A stretch of DNA of 64,000 bases from Octopus vulgaris (Eukaryota): positions 35,774,001-35,838,000 of the forward strand of contig OX597825.1 in NCBI GenBank assembly GCA_951406725.2, given 5' to 3'. Below, in pieces: positions 26,241 through 39,480 of the stretch; the stretch's first letter is position 1; each line of letters opens with the position of its first letter. The translations under genes and the position numbers were made by a program. Below the pieces are notes generated by a model that saw nothing but the letters and a program-made list of their open reading frames with translations, did not search any database and was not told the DNA's origin.

Positions 26241-26782
26241 TGAGAGAGCAGTGCATGCCATAAAAGTAACACTGGTGTAAAATATACGAACCCCAGTATA
26301 CCCATCATGACTACCCGTCTGTTAAGGGTACACCAGGCACATGCATCACAACCATATGTGCATGACATTGTGATCTCATATCAAGATAAACAGTGCATGA
26401 CCTTGCAGGTGGGACTCAGAATTTTCTTCAGGTTGAGTAGCCCATCCCCAAAAAAAAGATCCCTGAATAAGTGTTGTTTAAAGATGATGAACAACGCACC
26501 CATGTTTACAAAGATGAATTATCCAAACCCCAAAGAATTCCTCTCAACACATGGCTATGATGCTCCTCCACTACATCTGATATATGCTCATATCATCAGT
26601 CACAAAGGGACATGCTCAACTAGTTAAGGTCAAGCAACTGACAAGCAAATCTTTTGGTATTGAGCAGAATATTTGCTGCAATCCATCTTTTATACTAAGA
26701 CAAAACAATGTATATGATAACGCTTCCAATCACATATGATCAGAAGCCATGAGAGCCACTGCCTGGTACTGTATCAGGGCAT
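26241..26782 (-). mobile_element. ~550-bp non-coding interspersed element in (TAA)n; other copies at 45355-45911 and 33870-34186 (partial, opposite strand)
   Basis: Colinear high similarity between copies; the full copies are flanked by (ATT)n on both sides. Strand is inferred from the (AAT)n orientation. Confidence 0.75.
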
Positions 26783-27724
26783 TTATCATTATCATTATAA
26801 TAATTATTATTATTATTGTTGTTGATGTTGTTGTTGCTGTTGTTATTAAGGCGGCGAGCTGGCAGAATCATTAGCATGTTGGACGAAAAGCTTGGCGGTA
26901 TTTCACCCGTCGCTACGTTCTGAGTTCAAATTTCGCCGAGGTCGACTTTACCTTTCATCCTTTCGAGGTCGATTAAATAAGTACCAGTTATGCGCTGGGG
27001 TCAATGTAATCCCCTCACCCAAGATGCTCATGTGGCAAAAATTTGAAATCATTATTGTTGCTGTTGTTATATACACACACACATGCATACATACATACAT
27101 ACATACATACATACACGCATACATTAACCTACATGTGGTGTGTGACCTATAGAGAGCTTTGTTGTTGGATGTTATAGCTTATTTCGTTGACGCTTTCGAA
27201 TCAATGATTTTTCAAACATTTTTCATCCTTATTTTCTTCATTCTTTCTCTATTGCCGGTGCCGGTTAAAGATCCTGAAAGCTGTAGATGTGTTCCCATGC
27301 ATCTAACTCATTACGGCAGTTTATGTTAGGTGCCTTCTTCCTAATGAAATGTGCCTCTGTGATCTTGAGGTTAACTGCATCCGTCCCCCTTGCTTGTATC
27401 TGAGTAGAGAAATTCCCACCGCTATGCTGGTGGTGTTGGAACATGGCGGTGGGTGGTCTGGCCTTGTGGAGATGTTCTTTAACTCCGAGGTGTTTGAGAG
27501 GTAGCGTCTAAGCGTGTGCCCCTGTATCGTAATTCCATAAAATTCTATATATCCTTAATCTCTTACATCTTATCCATTTTAAAACATTTATATCCATAAA
27601 TCTATTACGAAAGGTTAAACCTCCTCGTACTTCTTTGTACTCTACTACTTTTCATTGCATTTTATCGTGTTTTATTTTATTTCACCTTCCTCCTTGATTT
27701 GCAAACCTTTCCTACGAACAGCGT

Positions 27725-27771
<47 letters not shown>

Positions 27772-29886
27772 TAACCAGACACAATCTTTGATACGTTGGC
27801 AAAATGCTTAGCGGCATTTCGTCTGTCTTTCTTTACATTCTGAGTTTAAATTCTGCCGAGGTCGGCTTTGCGTTTCATCCGTGGGGGTCGATAAAACTGG
27901 TACCAGTTGAGCACTGTGGTCAATATAATTGACTTACTCTTCCCTCGAAATTACTGGTTTTGTACCAGAATTTAAAACCTGTGTGTGTGTGTGTGTGTGT
28001 GTGTACGTACGGGCGCACGTAGTTATAAATATGTAACCAAAACGAAGTTTTAATGGATATTTTTGAAAAATTCGTATTGTAATTGTTATTGGTAAATATT
28101 TGTAAGAATTATCAAAATTAAAATGTAAACATTTTGTTTACACTTTCAGTTTGATAAATTTTGCAAATACAAAACAACAATCACAATATGAATTTTTTCA
28201 AATATATGTATAGTAGAAAACATTTTCCCAAGAGACTGGGACTGAACTCAGGACCACGTGGTTGGAGAGCAAACTCCTTATCACAAGGCCACGCGTAGAT
28301 CATAATTTAGAATTGTCGATCCTCTACAGATCATGCGTCCGACATACACTAGAGTACAATTCGCATACTTAATACAGCGTTACTGCTTCGCACAAAAATG
28401 TTTCTGGATTACATCGATCCTTGATGTTGTCAGACCTGGATTTTCTGTCTACCTCTCCTTCACTCTCCCTCCTAGGGTGTTCAGGTGGAGAGAATACTCT
28501 AGATTTAGTTCAGACAGCAGCATCTTTAAAGATGGATGGTAGCACTGGCTCTCACCTGACTCTCGCTTTTGGCTCCAAGACCATTCTCAGCCGTATTCTG
28601 GTAACTACTTTTGCTGGCAGTATAAGGGCGGGAACGAAATTCGCTTAAGAGGGGAGGGGGCAAACCCAGGCCCAAGATCTTTTTACAGACAAGGTCGGTT
28701 TTTTTCAGTCTTAATATCAAACCAAGTACAGGTATAATCAAAATTTCGGTTAGTTAAAATACGTTTGTGAAATATTTCAACTGCTTCTATGTTGTCGCTT
28801 TACATGCCAGAAATAGTGATTAAATCTCTTAAACCATACACTACCAGCATGCAAAACGTAAACGATGGAAAGATGCATCAGATAATATAGTCCGAGATAC
28901 TCCGTGTTTAAAAAATGGTGGAATGATCACAGATGGGACATCTTTGATCTTAAGAGATTTGTTAAACAATAACAACCACTGCTGTTTCAATGAGATGCTA
29001 TATTCCTCATAATACCCGAAGAATACTCAGCCACTTCTAATGCTTATGCAATGAGCAAGTAGTTCAACTGATAAAACAACTGAAAACCCATCATCGTATC
29101 TCACAAAGTGTTTTTGTTTTTTTTTTAGTTTGCGATATCATATACGTTGTACTATTACTACCACAACAATCATAGTTCTCGTTCCCCTCTGATCCGGCAA
29201 GCTCTGTATCACTTCCCTTTCCCGAAGCCAACCTAATTCACCTTAATCTATTCTTTAAATATTTCACCGGAATCCTTGTCTCCATGGCAATTGCCACTCA
29301 CTGAAAGTCTTCCTTCACCTTATTCTTTACAAGCATCGGCTTAACAGAAGTCAAACTTAGCTGCTGACTGCACTGTCTCCCACAACTTTAACACGACCTA
29401 CAAAAGGAACTAACACATTGGTACAATGTCACAGACTTGGATGAGTAGAAGGAACAGTTAATGATATAGAATCTCCAGCTTGGCTGGTATTTTGTTTTAC
29501 CGACCCTGAAAATATGATATCAATTTAGCTACAGAGGAGTCTGAATTGAAAGTATAAAGGGGGGTAACTACGACAGTCTACCGATTTGCCCAATACAATG
29601 ATTTCTAAGAACACGATTTGCTTCAACTGCCGAACATAGGAAAATGAAAATCAAAGTCGACTCTAGCATGATTTGGAATCGGTGTGCAAAAACGATGTTA
29701 CTAGATGTCACCAGAAAAATCTATCCGGCGCTCTACTGATCTTACCATCTCTCAGCTTTTTCAGCAAAAATAAAAATATGTTTTTTAAACCTAGTAACGT
29801 TACTCAGACATAGATTCAAACAGAAACACATTTACACACATGTGTGCATAAATGCATATGTATATGTATGTATGTATGTATGTATG

Positions 29887-29967
<81 letters not shown>

Positions 29968-30009
29968 TCGCCCCACAAGTGGGCCTACTAAATGAATTGT
30001 AGGGCCACT

Positions 30010-30485
30010 TTTAACAATGATCTTATCTTCGTGACTGGGGATTTCAATGGGCATGTCAGACGGCAGTCCGGTATCTACGATGGTGTTCATGGGAGCATGG
30101 AATCGGTTCCGTAAACAAAGAGGGAACAAGGCTACTGGAGATGTGTGATGCAAATAACCCTTTGATCTGCAACACCAACTTCAGGAAACCAGCCAGCCAG
30201 TCATCTGATAACCTATCAATCAGGTGAGTCTGCTAGCCAGATAGATTTCATTCTTACCAGACAGCGGGATGCATGGTTGTTCTTAAACGCAAAGTCTCTC
30301 CCTTGTGAAAAATGTACCCCGCAACATAGACTAGTCATTAAAGACTTTAGACTCCAGGCCAGAAAAGAAAGATTTGCCAGCTTAAGGATCCTCCATATGG
30401 TCAGAGATTTAGGGACATTCTAATTGAGAAATTTGATGAGAGGGTGGAGCAGCTACAAACTTGTGACATAAAGAGCAGCTGGGAA

Positions 30486-30489
<4 letters not shown>
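30010..30489 (+). mobile_element. RTE LINE AP-endonuclease fragment
   Basis: GDFNGHV...CNTNFRKP...ITYQSG...QIDFILTR...QHRLVI, with frameshifts. Confidence 0.8.
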
Positions 30490-30554
<65 letters not shown>

Positions 30555-30669
30555 TTCTCTCCCGCTCTCTCTCTCTCTTTCTCTCCTGCTCACTCTCTCT
30601 CTCTCTCTCTCTCTCTCTTTTGCTCGCTCTTTCTTCCTCTCTGTCTATTTATTTTTCACATTTCTCTTA

Positions 30670-30717
<48 letters not shown>

Positions 30718-30881
30718 CTCTTTTTGAATGTGCCCTTAACGTTCTTTCTTTTCTTCATTCAGCTTTTCTCCTTTTTCAAGATAACAGATTCTTCATTTAA
30801 GTTTGCTTAAACTCTTTTTTATCTTTTCTCTTTTCTGTTTCATTCATTATTATCACACCTTTTTCTTTCTTTACATTTAAG

Positions 30882-31872
30882 GTGAATACCGAAGGAACCA
30901 ATGTCTTCGTTCTCATTGCCAACCTTGCAGTTCGCGTTTTGGAAGCTGTAGAGGCCGACCTGATGGAATTTACCCGCAGCATGAATTTAGTTGGACACCA
31001 AGATATTTTACGTGTTACTACGAAAGAGCTATTGCGCATGACTTATGTGAATCGCCAATACCGATATTTTCACCAATCGAAAATCAGTGCGTCTCCTATG
31101 ACATGGTTCCAAAAGAATATGGAGGGCTGAGACCTGACTGTAAGATCCGTGCTAATGGTCTTTACGCAGATGAAATGGGTCGCTGTAATTTTTATTTCCA
31201 ATGCGATAACGCTAAATTCCAGGGTTTCCATAAATGTAATTATGGTTTCACATTCAACCCAATTTTAAAGATATGCCAATCACCAGATCAAGTTCCTGCT
31301 CCCTGTGGATCGGGTAGTCCACCGAGTTGTGTAAAACGACCTGATGGCTTCTATGCTGATTTAGCAGGTCGTTGTTCATATTATTTTGAATGCAAACAAT
31401 CTGTTTTCAAAAGTTTCCATAAATGCTCTAGGGGTCATGCTTTCAACCCTTATAAGCGTAGTTGCGTGAGGGGAATTCAATCACAACTCAAACCATGCGG
31501 TATTCAAGACAATCTGTGTGAAAATCGTTTGACTGGCTTTTATCTTTATAATTCTTCAAGCTCCCAGTATTATGAATGCCATGAAGGGTTGTTTATTCAT
31601 TTTGGAACATGTCCAAATGGTCAGACCTTCAACCTTTCGTCAAAACAATGTGAGATAGCAGAAATGAAAGATTATTGTGCAAACAAAGCTGATGGACGCT
31701 ACAAACATCCCTTAGGAGAATGCATTGCCTTCCTTGAATGCAAACAACAGACAACCCTCCGGGTGGTCCAGTGTAGTGATAACTTGAATGGAACGCGATT
31801 CAATTCGCTAACAAGGTCATGTGACCTGCCACAAAATGTATGTCCGCCATGTGGTTACAAATGGTTTGATTG
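30882..31872 (+). CDS. Gene 1 large exon: Cys-rich linker plus about five chitin-binding type-2 (CBM14/peritrophin-A-like) repeats
   Basis: ttacatttaag acceptor. Open frame (C)EYRRNQCLRSHCQPC...RPDG... is continuous with ORF 31103-31882, with repeated C-x4/5-G-x-Y...C..(Y/F)(F/Y)xC...C..G..FN....C units. Donor TG|gtatgt at 31873. Confidence 0.92.
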
Positions 31873-32299
31873 GTATGTATGATATGTTATTTTGACCTAT
31901 TCTAACTTATCTTTTACACATTTTGATAATCTTGTTTGACATGTATTTTCTGTTTCATTTTTAGATATTTTTGGTACAATGGTGATTAACATAGATCTCT
32001 TTTTGAAATGAACCACCATTCTTCCATGATTTAAATCACCTTTCCTTCCATTTCATATTCGTCTGAGCTACCATCCCTTTTTGATTTAAACGCCCTTGTC
32101 TTTCCAAATCTGATCCACCATCCGTCCCTGTTTTAAATTATTTTCCATTCCTGATATAAGCAGCCTTCTCTTAGCTGATTTAAATCACCCCTCCCCCCCC
32201 ACACACACACACCTCATTGTAATTGTCGAAAATGTAAAGAAAGAAGAATATTTTGGGAGTATTTTTTTTTTTAAATATCACAAGCTTCTGACTCTCCAG

Positions 32300-33000
32300 A
32301 AGTATTGTTGAGGATGTGATTTAACATAGAGAATATTTACTCAACTAGTTACAAATAGCAATAACTTCTCCCTCACATCGTCTCTTACAATCTGAAAAAA
32401 AATCAAACGACATAGTGTTTCAGGAGCTATTATTTTGTTGTTTAGACTAACTGTCCCTAATTTGTAAAGTATGATTAGAACAACCCAGTTTTCAACATCC
32501 AGTTTGTTTATTTTAGAATCACAGCTTTTTTTCTCAGTTGGGTGCGATTTGAGCAAGATTTGGTTGCTATTGAACAACCATGTAGGAAGACCTTTGGTGG
32601 TTTGAGAGGTGTTCTTTGTTCTTTTGATAAGAATAATATACTAATTATAGCTTGGTTTGTTCAAATTGAAACGGGATATATTTTACAGCGTCTTTATTAA
32701 CACATTCCCAATTGCATCCTATCTTTAAGTAATTTTAGTTAATTTAAATTCCAGAGGAGTTATTTCCCCTGATGTTTTATTTCTTTCTTTTTTTTCTTTT
32801 TGACCAGAGTTAATCATTAAAATAAGGGATTGTGTTATTTTATTAAGGGTGTAATTTTGATTAAAATTTTTTATATACTGCAAGCATTCTAGCTTGCAAT
32901 TTACTATCATAAAAATAAATAGCTAATACCCCTCTTACCAGAACCACAGGTGTCAATTTTCTCTGGGATATGGCACTAGATGACTGCTCATAGATTTTCT
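32300..33000 (-). mobile_element. Very degenerate LINE-like remnant (possibly an L1/Tx1 3' part)
   Basis: A-rich minus strand with short broken ORFs; no unambiguous catalytic motif. Confidence 0.25.
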
Positions 33001-34261
33001 TATGGTGAAATGTTAATAAGTTCAATAAATTTAAATTATTTTTGTAAAAAATCACAAAATCTAAATTTATTTCTAGGACTGTATTAATGTTATTGCATAT
33101 TATGACAATCTTATAATAAGATGTATTATGATGCATTCTGTTAGGATATGTTAGGATACGTGTTCCATTAGGATATGCTGAGTTGAACCAAGATTTGTGA
33201 GTGAATTGGGGAAATGGAAACTGTCTTTTCAGGCACTGATGTCACGAATAAACAGTATTCGGTGTTCTAAAAAACATCCACGTGAAGCTGGATATAAAGA
33301 TTGACTTTTGGTACTAATACTGCTTCTGTCACTAATAATTATATCAGGATACTTTATGACACTGCCCTATACATATACTTTATTTTCGCAGTTTTTAAGT
33401 CCCACCCCAGTTTTTGCTACATCAAAGATATCCCACATTTTGTAAATGTAAAATTGTATCAATGTCATATAACTTCATACTATATATATACTTAAATTTT
33501 CGGTTTTTGTAGAGCCTTTGTAATAATTATGACTAAATGGTCTACCTAAAATCTCATTCTTATGACAAAGTACAACCCCCTCCCTTTGCCAGTTAAAATC
33601 TTATCCTTATTACTACAATTTTTCCCATCATACTAGCCATCTTAATTTCAATAACCGAAAAACTTGAACCCCATCACATAATGGTAGATTACTAAATCAA
33701 TATAGATTAGTAGTAGATGGCCTAGGTTACTACAAATCAGTAGAAGTTACTATAAATCACTGTGTTATTATAAATGGTCACTATAGCTCACTATACATTT
33801 ACTATATGTTGTCTGGAAGCTACTACAAGTTACAATAAGTTGCTGGCCTTGTGCCAAAATTTGTTTGTCATTTATTTGACCTTAACCGGTGGAGCATGTC
33901 CCTTAGTGACTGATAATGTGTGCATCCCTGGGAATAGCATTATATCCATGTGCTGAGAATTCTTTGAGGTTTGAATAATTTACCCTTGGAAAAATGGGTG
34001 TTTTATTCATCAACTTTAAATAACTCGCATTTATCTTGATATGAGGTCATCATGTTGCACACATATGGGTGTGATGGATGTGCCTGTGTACCCTTATCAG
34101 ACAGGTAGCCATGATGGGTATAATGGGCTTCATATATTTGCATCCCAGTGTGACTATGATGGCCTGTTCTGCTATTTCACACACTAATAATAATAGTATT
34201 AATAATAATATAACAACAACAACAACAACAACAATAATAATAGTAATAGTAATAATAATAA

Positions 34262-35377
34262 CAGCTTTGACAGAAAGACAAGGAAGTTGCTGACTAGATA
34301 AGGGATACACTACCCAAAAAAGTACACAGACAGACTGTATGTACCAAGAAAAAGAGAGGGAGGAGTGGATGTGAGCACAGCATTAGAGCAGAAGAAAACA
34401 ACATAGCATGGTATGTAAAAAATGCCACAGAACCACTATTATTGGAAGTAAGAAGGTCAGGCTTGTGTAGGATGGAAGATTGCAAAGATAAAGCACTGTA
34501 CAAGGATTTGAGAATGAATGAAACTGAAAATAGGTGGATAAAGAAAAGAATAGATGGACAATTTCATAGGGATGTTGAAGATAAGACAGACAGAGGGAAA
34601 AGATGGCTATGGATGACTAAAAGTGATTTAAAACTGAAAACGGAGGCTCTAATGTGTGCTGTCCAAGAGTAAGCATTAAGAACCAATTACATCAAATACA
34701 GAATAGACAACACATCAGAATAAGATAAGTGTAGAATTTCTGGACAAAATGGTGAAACTGTATAGCATATTAGCATATTACCAGTCAATGTATGCCACTA
34801 GCCCAGAAAGAATATATGAGATGTCATGGCAATATAGTAAGGGTTGTCCATTGGACATTTTGCAACAAGTATGGACTTGACAGAGCAAAAAAGTGGTAAG
34901 AGCATAAACTCGAAGGCATCATCGAAAATGATAATGCAAAGATCCTATGGGATTTTATGATTCAGTGCAACCATGAGATAGAGAATAAGAAACCACACAT
35001 AGAGTTAATTGAGAAAGAAAGCGAACAATGCTGGATCACAGATATAGCATGCCCAGCTGACAACAAGGTATGAGATAAGGAAGAAAGAAAAGTCGATAAA
35101 TATAACAGGTTAGCTTGAGAAGTTAAGCAGTTGTGGTCGCTGAAAAATTTGGTAGTAATACCATTAATAGCCTTGGGAACAGTGAGTGAAAATCTTGAGA
35201 AGTATCTAGAAGAAACAGGGGCTGCAATAAGGGTGGAGCACTTGTAGAAAACGTAACTCTTTGGAACCATTTGAATACTCTGGATAGTGCTCGAAAAATA
35301 AGAGGTATTACCTAAGTTAACTGGTAGTGAACAGCTGACACCATAGTACATTTCCAGCATTAGAAGCTATGCAAAGA
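34262..35377 (+). mobile_element. R4/Dong-clade LINE 3' part (CCHC finger + restriction-like endonuclease)
   Basis: RLYVPRK...LWMTKSDLK..TEALMCAVQE.ALRTNY...KCRI...ETV.HI...WDF.IQ...DIACPAD...KVDKY; followed by (AAT)n 35378-35456. Confidence 0.85.
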
Positions 35378-35382
35378 CAATA

Positions 35383-35451
<69 letters not shown>

Positions 35452-35515
35452 GTTAATAAATAAATTAATTAACCAATTGTTTCATTTATAATGTTTTTGT
35501 GTTTTTATTTTACAG

Positions 35516-35552
35516 CCCTTCATACATCGAAAGAACAACTAAACTTTCATAA
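35516..35552 (+). CDS. Gene 1 terminal coding exon: (C)PSYIERTTKLS*
   Basis: ttttacag acceptor completes TG|C = Cys; same length (37 nt) and similar sequence as the paralogous exon at 51005-50969. Confidence 0.85.
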
Positions 35553-35842
35553 TCTGGACCAACAAACAATCCATCTGACCAAACTACGGTGCTACTGTCA
35601 TACACGAAAGAATATTTACCGAAAATAGATTCTTTGAGCTGAGCGATGAAAAAGACTATCACATCACTTGTTTATTTTATGTGTTTCATTTCATTTTGAA
35701 AATTGTCTTTCGTTTTTTGTTTGCAAAATGGTTTGTAACTTTTTCATGAATAGATAGACTTGACACAGTAATGTGTGTGTGTGTGTATACTTACATACAT
35801 ATATATACACATACACACACATGTATATATGTATATATATGC

Positions 35843-35902
<60 letters not shown>

Positions 35903-36475
35903 GTATATATATATATATTTATATATCTATAAATATGTATAGAGAGAGAGAGAAAGAGGGAAGTGTATACAAGGCACTTGCAAGCCAAGCACTGTTTTAT
36001 AATGCTATAGAAAGCATTAACAACAAAAGAAATGACAGGTACTGTTTTACTATTTTAAATGCCTTACATTTTAAAATTTTTACTCTGTAAGTTCTATTTC
36101 AAAACGTTTGGGGTTTTTTTTTGGGGGGGGGGGGGTTAAGTTAGCTGTTATTGTAAGGTTCCAGAGACCAGCTGAGAAATTATTCTAACTGTTCATAAAT
36201 CGACCAGAGCTTCAATATCTTCAATTACTCCCCCTCTATTAAAGAAATGGCCAATGATCACCTTGGAACACTGGTTTCATGTGAAATATGCAGCCAAAGT
36301 ATATAATATAGAGTGAGGGAACAGACTGCATCACTGCTATCGCATGGATGGTTTTACAGTTGGTTTCTGATGCCAGACAAAAGTAAATAATTTTAAAGTA
36401 AAAATTTTTGGAAAGACTTATTAGACTGGGAAATGTTAAGATGTAAAAAATAATTTAAAGAGTAAAACAGTACAT

Positions 36476-36532
<57 letters not shown>

Positions 36533-36733
36533 TTACATGGAAGTATATAATTATGTGTATGTGTGTGTACATACATATGTATAAATATATACAAGCATGT
36601 GTGTGGTGTGTTTCCATATGTATGTGTATATGAATATATAGATATATATATGCACACACACACACACACATATATTGATGTAGGTATATACATATATACA
36701 TATATATGTGCATATATATATATACATATATAA

Positions 36734-36767
<34 letters not shown>

Positions 36768-36876
36768 TTAAATAGAGGTCTTAACTTGTATATATAAAAT
36801 ATATGTGCATATAAATATGTATACATATACATATATATATATAATCTTTCTATCTGTCTATCTATCAACCTACTTA

Positions 36877-36933
<57 letters not shown>

Positions 36934-36978
36934 GTATATTTGTAGATATATATATATGTGTGTATATTTGTGTATGTA

Positions 36979-37036
<58 letters not shown>

Positions 37037-37494
37037 AATGCATGCAAAAGTGTTGATTTACAATGATGAGTATTGTGTCTTATTGTCTTATTTTGATTGA
37101 TTGTATATTTATTGTTCTACACATTAACATGACCATTTGAAACCTGTATATAGCCTCACATAACACCATGAACAACAGAGAAAGAGAGAGACAATGACAA
37201 TGTGTGTGTGCGTATGTGTGTGTGCATGCGTGTGTGTGTGAATATGATTGAAAGAGAACATGCATGTGCATGGTGCATATGTTTGTGAGAGTGTGTATGT
37301 GAGAGAGAGAGAGACAGACAGAGAATATAAAATGAGTATTCAAACACATCTATCACCCCGGTGTATGAACGACGCCTTATTTGTTTTAGTATTGTTATCA
37401 CTAATATTATTATTACTACTTGTATTAATTTTACTTATTATTATGATACAAATCTTTATCATTATTCATTTATTTTTTATATATTAATATATTT

Positions 37495-37825
<331 letters not shown>

Positions 37826-38102
37826 GTTGTTAAACTTGAGAGAAATAGAAGCCAAAGCTCTCACACCCTAATGTATTATGTTTCTTTTTTTAAGGATGTA
37901 TTGCATATTGAAGATTTAGGTATACATTATGTATAAATGAAAAAATATAGAGCATTATGATCAGGATTGGCCTGTTTTTGTACATAGGTGTGCTCAATCA
38001 GAGCTGGCCTTTGTTTAAACAATGCTCCGTCTGAGTGAGTTGCAAATACTAACAGAGTAAAAAAAAAACAAGTGTGTTCAAATAATATGAAACATTTATA
38101 AC

Positions 38103-38150
<48 letters not shown>

Positions 38151-38151
38151 G

Positions 38152-38228
<77 letters not shown>

Positions 38229-38504
38229 GCATATATTATTATTATTATCATTTATATTATTCCAGTGAGCTGGTAGAATCATTAGCACACTGGACAAAAT
38301 ATTTAGCAGTATTTTGTCTGTCTGAGTTCAAATTCTGTCGAGGTCAACTTTGCCTTTCACCCTTTCAGGGTTAATAAAAATAAGTACTAGTTGAACACTG
38401 GGGAGATTGATGTAATCAACTTCTTCTCACCTCAAAAACTGCTTGTTCTGTGCCAAAACTTGAAACCTTTATTATCATTATTATTATTATCATTATTATT
38501 ATTA

Positions 38505-38568
<64 letters not shown>

Positions 38569-38744
38569 ATGTTGTTTCAGCTGAATAGAAAAATTGTTTA
38601 TATAAAATATGATTGATGAATGAATCTACAACAAAACAGACTTGTGTATATGTATATATATAAATATGTATCTATCTTAATGCGATAAATGATTATGTAA
38701 TAAACTTGTATTTATATAACACTGAGTCCTAGTTTATTATTATT

Positions 38745-39445
38745 AATATCTCTTTATCACAGCTTTTGTTGGAGCTACTGCAGTCTTGCATGCATAGCAG
38801 GCTTACTACCTGCAGCCTACGGTACCATGCTGTTCCTTCTTTTCAGCTATCTAATACTTTCCTGATTATTCTGGCCGTACCAAGGAAGCAAATCTTTTGT
38901 AACATTTCTACTGGGCACTCTATTCCAATTTCCTTTATATTCCCTTTGATGCCTTCTTATACTGTTTCCAAGGACCCAACAATAATTGGCACTATCTTCA
39001 CCTCCGTTTTCCATAGCCAGGCTATTTCGTACTTAAGAGGCTGACCATACTATCCATCTATCTTTTTGCTTTCCTTCTTAACTATTCATGGTTCAAAGGG
39101 GCAAGCAGCATCAACTATATAGCATATGTAGTGCACCTTGTCTGTTATGCTCTAGCACCTGATCTGTTTGGATTGGGAAATCCCAGAGGATTTTGCTAGT
39201 CTCCAAGTCCACCACTCTCTGTGGTTTGTACTCTGTGCTTCTCTCTAGTCCCCACTTTTCACACAGTTTCCAATGTAGCACTTTTGCTACCTGGTTGTGT
39301 CACCATAACTTGTAGTGGTTTTGGACAAGTCTAGAGCATTCATTCGTGATATGGGCAATGGTTTCATCCACTCTACTACAGATGTAGCACAGCAAAGACA
39401 CTTGCTCCTTCCTCAGGTTGACCCTCCAGTTCGTGGCCAAAGCTA
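38745..39445 (-). mobile_element. R4/Dong LINE 3' fragment
   Basis: C..C...DETIAHITNEC..L.Q..YK...H...LWDF motifs; bounded by (ATT)n. Confidence 0.75.
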
Positions 39446-39480
39446 TTATTATCATTATTATTATTATTATTATTATTATT

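Noticed and set aside
31873-31882. ORF-track C-termini DWYV* (gene 1) and DWYVLFHNSFI* (gene 2, 53156-53186)
   Set aside because: Both run through a conserved TG|gtatgt donor; the paralogous 37-nt terminal exons explain the ends better.
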